Part shown: piece by piece, positions 1-6,946 of the stretch
Position numbering within the stretch: the stretch's first letter is position 1
Layout of the letters: each line of letters begins with the position of its first letter
Origin: Escherichia coli
GTDB taxonomy: Bacteria; Pseudomonadota; Gammaproteobacteria; Enterobacterales; Enterobacteriaceae
Strand: one strand, 5' to 3'
DNA: 64,000 nt
Assembly (NCBI RefSeq): GCF_003018235.1
Contig: NZ_CP027437.1
Translations under genes and position numbers: made by a program
Notes under the pieces: model-generated
What the model saw: the letters and a program-made list of their open reading frames with translations, nothing else
Told to the model about the DNA's origin: nothing
Databases searched by the model: none

Positions 1-878
1 CCACCGGGTCATGTACATACGACTGCGTGTTCAGCCCGCCGCTCAGTTTCAGCGGATCCTGGCTTAAATACTGCCCCGTTCCGGCATCGTAGTAGCGGTG
101 TAAATTATACCACAGCCCGCTCTCCTCATCCTGCCACTGGCCCATGAAGCCCGCATCACAGCTTTCACGCTCACTGTCCGGCGAGTCGTTTGCTGCCAGC
201 CCCCACAGGCTGCGGTGTTTCGTCCACACCTTCCGCCCGTTTGCGCTGTACATCTCCTGCGGTACACCGTCCGGGCCGGTCACTATCGGGTAAAAATGGC
301 TCCGGTCATCATTCGCCGCCCGACGTTCCTTCGCCAGCAGTTCAAATCCGCCACGGTAGTGCCACTGCTCCCGCAGCGCCGGGCTGCCGTCTGCATACCG
401 CTTCTCGCTCGCCGACAGCGCCATGCCCTGCCACTGGTAGCGCACTTCACTGATGGCCTGTTGATGTCGTTTCCACGTCGCCCAGATAACGCAGCGTTTG
501 GCAGTTCTCCGGCCAAAGGCGTCGTAGCTGTACTGCCATACCTCACCGTCTGGTGTCTTTATCTCGCGCAGACGGTCAAAATCGTCCCAGCGGTAGCGCC
601 ACTCCTGTGGGCGAAAGCCGCGTTTTTGTTCTGTGCGCTTTGTCACCCTGCCGCAGGCGTCGTATTCGTAGCGGCTGTCGCCCGCCTGAGTCACACATTC
701 ACGGCTGTACTGGTGCTGCGACAGAATGCCGTTTATCCGGCTTTCCGCTATCTGCTCGTTTACCGTATAGCGATAGCGTTCTTCCTGCGCCGGGCCGTCG
801 GCGTCCAGCCGCAGTACACTGGTTATCTGGTCGCGGGCATCCTACTGGTAGCGCGTTTCCCGCTCCGTACGCGTTTAT
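1..878 (-). pseudogene. Orphan rhs core 3' fragment. It is 5'-truncated and has no start codon. It leaves the window at the DPVGW core-end motif.
   Basis: nt 1-878 are a near-identical direct repeat of nt 1703-2583 inside the main rhs gene. They read in the same YD-repeat frame on the minus strand. An in-frame TAG sits at 842-844 where the main copy has TAC. No RBS or ATG is present. Confidence 0.8.
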
Positions 879-910
879 TAGAAATCAAAAGATACCGATA
901 AAGATTCCCT

Positions 911-1267
911 TCATTTTTTTTCAAGCAACTCCTCATAAAGCCACATAACTAACCATTTACTATTTCTTGAATGTTCTAACATATAATGTCCAGACAAATA
1001 TTTAACAAATTCGCCATCATGAAGAGAAATATTTTTATTCATACTGTCAGAAATTATATTCAGAGTCCCTGACTGTACAAAAATATATCCCGTCATCATT
1101 GTTGTAGGTAAAGACAGCGCAGTTTTGTGAATTTTACTAACAATTCTTGAATTATTTACATTTAAACCAACTGTTAATCTAACATTATCTTCAGTGAGAG
1201 GGATGTCAAAATAATCTGACCACTTATAGATATGAAAGTCACTTAAATTTAGAAAAAACTCTCTCAT
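911..1267 (-). CDS. Putative Rhs immunity protein (RhsI), 118 aa
   Basis: AT-rich ORF beginning at an ATG (1265-1267) 19 nt downstream of the rhs stop. The tool's 157-aa version overlaps the rhs 3' end, so I trimmed it to MREFF. Position and composition are typical of rhs immunity genes. No family was recognised. Confidence 0.6.
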   Translation of the reverse strand: MREFFLNLSDFHIYKWSDYFDIPLTEDNVRLTVGLNVNNSRIVSKIHKTALSLPTTMMTGYIFVQSGTLNIISDSMNKNISLHDGEFVKYLSGHYMLEHSRNSKWLVMWLYEELLEKK

Positions 1268-1286
1268 ATTATTCTCATATAAAAGC

Positions 1287-4200
1287 TTAAGGAAAAATAA
1301 CCCCGTATTCTTCAAACGCAGCTCTAGCCGCTGCTTCAGATGCAGCGTTCTGAGTTCCAGTATTTCCGAAATGATAATGACCACTGTGAGGGGCTATATC
1401 AGTACCGAATCGTCCATTCACAACAGTAGCCTCTCCCGCCGCAAGAACTGGTTTTCCATTTGCAATTGCAGCATGAGAAATTTCTATCCCATCTTGCATT
1501 TTTGGTGCAGTTAATAGAGTGCCATCCTCAAGAAGGACATACTTTATATCGCCAGCTTCATCAGCCATATCTGCAAAACGTGGGTCTGATGGTTTCATCG
1601 GTTCAACACCGGCCTCTCTCATTGCAGCCAATTCCTCATCTAAATGTTCCGGTAATTGATTTTTAAACGGGCACCCAATAAAACCCCACGGATCACACCA
1701 GCCCACCGGGTCATGCACATACGACTGCGTGTTCATCCCGCCGCTCAGTTTCAGCGGGTCCTGGCTTAAATACTGCCCCGTTCCGGCATCGTAGTAGCGG
1801 TGTAAATTATACCACAGCCCGCTCTCCTCATCCCGCCACTGGCCCATGAAGCCCGCATCACAGCTTTCACGCTCACTGTCCGGCGAGTCGTTTGCTGCCG
1901 GAAGTCCCCACAGGCTGCGGTGTTTCGTCCACACCTTCTGGCCGTTCGCGCTGTACATCTCCTGTGGTGCGCCGTCCGGGCCGGTCACTATCGGGTAAAA
2001 ATGGCTCCGGTCATCATTCGCCGCCCGGCTTTCCTTTGCCAGCAGTTCAAACCCGTCACGGTAATGCCACTGTTCCCGTAGCGCCGGGCTGCCGTCTGCG
2101 TAGCACTTCTCACTGATGGAAAGCGCCATGCCCTGCCACTGGTAGCGCATTTCACTGATGGCGTGGCCTTGCTGCTTCCATGCAGCACGGATAACGCAGC
2201 GTTTTGCGGTTCTCCGGCCAAAGGCGTCGTAGCTGTACTGCCATACCTCACCGTCTGGTGTCTTTATCTCGCGCAGACGGTCAAAATCGTCCCAGCGGTA
2301 GCGCCACTCCTGTGGGCGAAAGCCGCGTTTTTGTTCTGTGCGCTTTGTCACCCTGCCGCAGGCGTCGTATTCGTAGCGGCTGTCGCCCGCCTGAGTCACA
2401 CATTCACGGCTGTACTGGTGCTGCGACAGAATGCCGTTTATCCGGCTTTCCGCTATCTGCTCGTTTACCGTATAGCGGTAGCGTTCTTCCTGCGCCGGGC
2501 CACCGGCGTCCAGCCGCAGTACGCTGGTTATCTGGTCGCGGGCATCGTACTGGTAGCGCGTTTCCCGCTCCGTGCGCGTTTTCGACCACACTTCATGCCC
2601 GGTCAGGCGGCCCGATTTATCCCACGCGTAGCGGTGTTCGCCCAGCGGTCGCCACGACGCCACGCTCTGGTGACCGCCAGCCAGCCGCTCTGCGCCCTGT
2701 TTTTGCCATGCCGTACGCCCGCAGGCGTCATATCCCTGCTCCTGCATATACACCGCATGGTTCAGCGGCGTCTGTGCCAGCCAGCTTTCCTCATTCTCCG
2801 GGCGGTAACGTCTGCTTTTTTCCAGCCCGGCGGGGGAATGACCGAAGTCCATCCGGTGGCCGTTGCTGCGGTAGCCCATGAGAATGCCCGAAGCATCGTA
2901 TTCTCTCTGTGTTTCCCCGTCCGGCGTTGTGGTGCCCGCCAGCCGTCCGGCTTCGTCGTAACGGTACTCCGTGCGCTGGCCATCCTGCTCTTCCGCCACC
3001 AGGCGATGACGTTCGTCCCACTCCAGTTTTACCTCGCTGGTCAGCGTGTAACCTGCTTCACTGGCATCACTGCGCTCATACACCTGCGCGCTCACCATCC
3101 GGTCATAATGGTCGTACTGATAACAGAGTTGCTGATGCTCGCCGCTGATGGTCGTCACCCGGCCATAGCCATCCCGCGCATAGCGCCATACGCTACCGTC
3201 CGGGCGGTGTTTTTCTGCCAGTCGGCCCTGTTCATCACGGATATAGACGGTTCTGCGTCCGGACCAGTCATCCTCCCCGGCCATCTGGCCCGCTGCATCA
3301 TAGTGCAGCCGCCACTGCTGGTTGCCGCTGCGCGTAAGCTGCGTCAGCCTTGCGGCACCGTCGTAGTTGCAGAGTATCCGCTGCCCGCCCGCGTCTTCCA
3401 CTTCCCGCAGCAGGTCAAATGCCCCGTGGCGGTAGCGCGTGGCCTGCCCCATGGCCCCGGTGTGGAGGGCGATTTTGCCTTCACCGTCATAGCGGAAGGT
3501 TTCCACGCCGCCATCGGCCCGGATAACCGCACTCAGTTTCTCATGCGGGTTATCAGCACCGGGGCGGTACTGCCAGTTCATGCTGCGCCCTTCCGCATCC
3601 ACCAGCCCCGTCAGCCGCAGCCAGCGGTCTTCCGTGTAATGGGTCGTGCGGCCTTCAGCATCCGTATGGGAAAGCAGGCCACCGTGGGCGCTGTAGCCCC
3701 ACTGTTCGTGGCTGCCGTCCGGGTATGTCACTTCCTTCAGCAGACCGTCTTCGGTATGACGGTACTGCCATTTTTGCCCGTTCACTTCCCGCCGGATAAG
3801 GTTCCCTTCGGCGTTATAGCTATAAGCTGCCGTGGTGTGATGGTCACGGTAGGCCGTTACCTGGCCGAACTCATCCCGCTGCCATTCACGCTTGCGCCCG
3901 TTCTCGTCCGTTTCGCTCAGGATACGCCCGGCGTAGTCGCGTTTTATCTGTGTGATACGCCCGCCCGGCTGGCGGATACACAGCGGCTGGTCGTATTCGT
4001 TACGCTCCCATTCAGTGATACGCCCCAGCGGGTCACGCTGTTTTTTCAGCAGCCAGGATTCATCGAACCACAGCGTGGTGGTGGCTCCGGTGGCGTCGGT
4101 ATAATCGGTTCTGCGCTCATCAGGGAAGTAGCGGAAGGTGTCGTTATACAGGCCTTCCTGTGTGCCTGTGGCAGTCACCCGGCCTTCATCGTCATAGCGC

Positions 4201-5813
4201 AGGTGGAAGTGCGTCGGGCCATTGTCGCGCCAGGAACTCAGCCAGCCCTGTTCGGTATAGGTATAGTGCAATGCACCATTAAAGCGGGTCTGTACATCAC
4301 GCAGCCGCTGCTCATCGCCGTGGCTGATATAGTCGTAACGCACCAGCTCGCTGCCGTCTGACTCGTCGGTCACACGGAATATCTGCCCCTGCGGGCCACA
4401 CCTCACCCGCAGACTCAGGCCGCTACTGTGGGTTACGTTTGTCAGGTGGCCGATGGCGTTATAGGTGAAGCGAATTTCGTTGCGGTTGCGGTCTTTTATT
4501 ACTGTTAGCCGCAGACGACGTGCGCCGGGGGAGATGGGCGTAAAGATATAACCCAGTTGTGAGTATTCGTCGAAAATAATAGCCCGCTCACGGTTTCCCA
4601 GGAGGCGATAGTGCGGGACAAGCAGGTTACGGCTACTGTATGGTGCCTGCTCCGTGGAGTAGGCCGGACATAGCCCCTCAGCATCAAAGTAGGTGACGTT
4701 TTTCCCGTTGCTATCGAACTCCAGAAACTGCGACCAGTTACACAACCAGCGACTGCCCAGCAAACCACTAACCGGATGTCGGCCTGTATAAGCACGTTTC
4801 AGCGTCAGCGGTAAAATATGCGAATAGTTGAAATCAGTTCGGTAATCCAGATATTCACCCGTTCCGGTATCCACCGGATCGCTGAACCCCTGACTGATAC
4901 GCTCATTGGCGGCTCTGTTTAACTGCTTTGCTCCCCATAGAGCTGTTAACACCTCCAGACTTGATACAACAGATTGTTCCAGTACCGTCATATCTGCATT
5001 AATCGGCCCATACTGTCCGGTTGTCTTATCAGCCGTGATGGTTTTACATCCTTCCTGAATAACTGCCGAGCAGGTAATTTTATGGCCCTTACGCGCCAGC
5101 GGCAGGCTGTTGACGGAAATAATTTTGCTCCCTTCCACTATCTGCGGAGGAGGACTGCCCGGATCCTTACTACATTCAACCGGATCAGTGACGCGAGCTA
5201 CCGCTTTTCCTTCAAAAAAAACATTAGGTGAGCCTTCTACAATCTGCCCGGTTTCAGATGCCCAGCGGGAACCAATTACCATCGCTGCACCACCGACAAA
5301 TCCACCAGCTAATCCCCCGGCCCCGGCAGCAACGGTGGCAGCAAGCACACCCAATGCGGCGCCCCCTGTAGCGACAACCAGAGCCCCCACTGCAATCCCT
5401 ACGATAAGTCCACCGATTAACCCACCAATAGCACCCAGAAAGGAATTGTTATGAACAATGTGATGACCCACACACGCCGGTATATCTGTTGGGCCGGAAA
5501 CAGCGTGATCTTTACCCCAGGTATCCATGAACCAGTCACCTGCTTTGGTGCCCAGCCATCCCCCCAGCATCCCGCCAGCCAGTCCGGCAATCAAAGGGCC
5601 TCCAAATCCTGCAACAGCTTTGGCTATTCCGGCTGCACAGGTATTTGCTGCGGCGGCTGCCAGTCCCACCTTTGCCGTTGCTCCCACCATGCTGACAGCC
5701 ATTATTCCAGTACTGGCAATATGTCCTGTGGTAGCAATACTCTCCACTGTTTCGGCATTACTGTCCCGTTGGTCCAGCTCCGCTAACTTCTCCTGCGCGC
5801 TTTTTTCCGTCAT
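1287..5813 (-). CDS. rhs: Rhs-family T6SS effector, 1508 aa. Layout: N-terminal hydrophobic Gly/Ala segments, a split PAAR domain, the YD-repeat shell, then a variable C-terminal toxin.
   Basis: Many YD repeats (YDxxGR-type). PAAR-like motifs GKAVARVTD and LPLARKGH. Core-end motif YVHDPVGWCDPWG, followed by a roughly 130-aa divergent tail. SD GGAAGGA lies upstream of the ATG at 5813. Sits directly downstream of a DUF1795/Eag gene. Confidence 0.92.
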   Translation of the reverse strand: MTEKSAQEKLAELDQRDSNAETVESIATTGHIASTGIMAVSMVGATAKVGLAAAAANTCAAGIAKAVAGFGGPLIAGLAGGMLGGWLGTKAGDWFMDTWGKDHAVSGPTDIPACVGHHIVHNNSFLGAIGGLIGGLIVGIAVGALVVATGGAALGVLAATVAAGAGGLAGGFVGGAAMVIGSRWASETGQIVEGSPNVFFEGKAVARVTDPVECSKDPGSPPPQIVEGSKIISVNSLPLARKGHKITCSAVIQEGCKTITADKTTGQYGPINADMTVLEQSVVSSLEVLTALWGAKQLNRAANERISQGFSDPVDTGTGEYLDYRTDFNYSHILPLTLKRAYTGRHPVSGLLGSRWLCNWSQFLEFDSNGKNVTYFDAEGLCPAYSTEQAPYSSRNLLVPHYRLLGNRERAIIFDEYSQLGYIFTPISPGARRLRLTVIKDRNRNEIRFTYNAIGHLTNVTHSSGLSLRVRCGPQGQIFRVTDESDGSELVRYDYISHGDEQRLRDVQTRFNGALHYTYTEQGWLSSWRDNGPTHFHLRYDDEGRVTATGTQEGLYNDTFRYFPDERRTDYTDATGATTTLWFDESWLLKKQRDPLGRITEWERNEYDQPLCIRQPGGRITQIKRDYAGRILSETDENGRKREWQRDEFGQVTAYRDHHTTAAYSYNAEGNLIRREVNGQKWQYRHTEDGLLKEVTYPDGSHEQWGYSAHGGLLSHTDAEGRTTHYTEDRWLRLTGLVDAEGRSMNWQYRPGADNPHEKLSAVIRADGGVETFRYDGEGKIALHTGAMGQATRYRHGAFDLLREVEDAGGQRILCNYDGAARLTQLTRSGNQQWRLHYDAAGQMAGEDDWSGRRTVYIRDEQGRLAEKHRPDGSVWRYARDGYGRVTTISGEHQQLCYQYDHYDRMVSAQVYERSDASEAGYTLTSEVKLEWDERHRLVAEEQDGQRTEYRYDEAGRLAGTTTPDGETQREYDASGILMGYRSNGHRMDFGHSPAGLEKSRRYRPENEESWLAQTPLNHAVYMQEQGYDACGRTAWQKQGAERLAGGHQSVASWRPLGEHRYAWDKSGRLTGHEVWSKTRTERETRYQYDARDQITSVLRLDAGGPAQEERYRYTVNEQIAESRINGILSQHQYSRECVTQAGDSRYEYDACGRVTKRTEQKRGFRPQEWRYRWDDFDRLREIKTPDGEVWQYSYDAFGRRTAKRCVIRAAWKQQGHAISEMRYQWQGMALSISEKCYADGSPALREQWHYRDGFELLAKESRAANDDRSHFYPIVTGPDGAPQEMYSANGQKVWTKHRSLWGLPAANDSPDSERESCDAGFMGQWRDEESGLWYNLHRYYDAGTGQYLSQDPLKLSGGMNTQSYVHDPVGWCDPWGFIGCPFKNQLPEHLDEELAAMREAGVEPMKPSDPRFADMADEAGDIKYVLLEDGTLLTAPKMQDGIEISHAAIANGKPVLAAGEATVVNGRFGTDIAPHSGHYHFGNTGTQNAASEAAARAAFEEYGVIFP

Positions 5814-5843
5814 CTGTTCGTCCTTCCCGCTGAACTGGCTGGG

Positions 5844-6275
5844 TTATTTATCCTGCGGCATTCCAAAACAAAAATTCAATAATGCTCCCCGCATCGCTTT
5901 ACGATCCTCCTCTGCCAGCGCCTGTGTTGAGGAATAGGTCAGCGTCAGTACTTGTCGCTCGTTCAGAATTACCAGCAGCAACTGCTGTATCATCACCCCC
6001 TTGTTATCCCAGCTAAATTCCCAGTATTCCGCCGGGCGCTCCTGTACATGACAGCGTTCTTCGACGGTGAACACCATTTTCGACAGTTCGGTACGGAATT
6101 TCTTTTTCTGCACCGCCAGATAGTCATCAAACTGCGCACCATCCGGCAATATTTCACGGGTAACAACAACATTAGCCCCGGCAATCGCACTTAATACCGG
6201 TGTCAGAATATTCATACTGCTGTCCTGCCAGTTTCCTGGCAGGGTGAAATGTCCTTCATTAATTAGATATTGCAT
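5844..6275 (-). CDS. eagR: Eag-family (DUF1795) T6SS effector chaperone, 143 aa
   Basis: N-terminus MQYLINEGHFTLPGNWQDSSMNIL is typical of DUF1795. Located between vgrG and a PAAR-Rhs gene with TM segments, as for EagR/SciW in SPI-6. Confidence 0.8.
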   Translation of the reverse strand: MQYLINEGHFTLPGNWQDSSMNILTPVLSAIAGANVVVTREILPDGAQFDDYLAVQKKKFRTELSKMVFTVEERCHVQERPAEYWEFSWDNKGVMIQQLLLVILNERQVLTLTYSSTQALAEEDRKAMRGALLNFCFGMPQDK

Positions 6276-6480
6276 TCTCTTCCCCTGACATTAATTAAAA
6301 AAAATACCATTGATTTAATAATTGAATAACACCAAGATACTTGCATCATGAGTTTATATAGTTTTCCCGCCAACCTATATTTGTTTTTTCACACAAATAA
6401 GAATGTACTTACACACAAACCAATAAATCCACTGGTATCTAAAATAATTATTCTTTACATTATCTTAATCACAGATTTTA

Positions 6481-6930
6481 CTAATGGTTTCTCAAAAAAA
6501 TCTTTGCGTAATTAGGATTATTTAACTCTAAGTTCACCACATTAGATTTAAAATTATAAAAATCCGCATCTCTATCATCCTCTGTAACCTTTGAATCAAC
6601 CGTCGACCACACATTCGTATAAAAACTACACTCATGCTTTCCTGGCGTAATATGGTAATCTCTGGCAATTTGTACATAGTCCCCCACCTTCATTTCTCCG
6701 GGAGAGATTTTGTAATATTCCCCTTGTCCAAGGTTGTACATTACACCTGAATAACGAATCTTCTTGCCATCACATTCAACACTCAATTGATCGGAGCTCG
6801 GATATTTACCTTGAGATATGTACCTGACATCTATATATAATGGAATTTCACCATTATTTTTAACACGTACAGCAACATAAACGTCATCTTCTTTGGGTAT
6901 AACATCCACAATAACCATGTAACATGGCAT
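6481..6930 (-). CDS. Hypothetical beta-rich protein. Candidate immunity or inhibitor for the VgrG C-terminal metallopeptidase (149 aa from the ATG at 6930).
   Basis: AT-rich ORF starting 17 nt after the vgrG stop. No signal peptide or lipobox is visible. The start is ambiguous (ATG at 6930 or 6918; the tool's upstream start overlaps vgrG). Confidence 0.45.
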   Translation of the reverse strand: MPCYMVIVDVIPKEDDVYVAVRVKNNGEIPLYIDVRYISQGKYPSSDQLSVECDGKKIRYSGVMYNLGQGEYYKISPGEMKVGDYVQIARDYHITPGKHECSFYTNVWSTVDSKVTEDDRDADFYNFKSNVVNLELNNPNYAKIFLRNH

Positions 6931-6946
6931 CCATAAATTAAGCCTT

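Noticed and set aside
911-1384. The 157-aa version of the ORF downstream of rhs, which overlaps the rhs 3' end by 98 nt
   Set aside because: The first 39 codons overlap the rhs toxin-coding region. An ATG at 1267, 19 nt after the rhs stop, gives a conventional immunity-gene arrangement, so the shorter call was used.
215-4361. Long plus-strand ORFs (215-901, 228 aa; 2163-4361, 732 aa; 2204-2881, 225 aa) opposite the rhs genes
   Set aside because: They lie antisense to a GC-rich, repeat-rich gene whose YD-repeat frame is unambiguous. Their translations are low-complexity Arg/Ala/Pro-rich with no recognisable domain or RBS. This is a typical shadow-ORF artefact.
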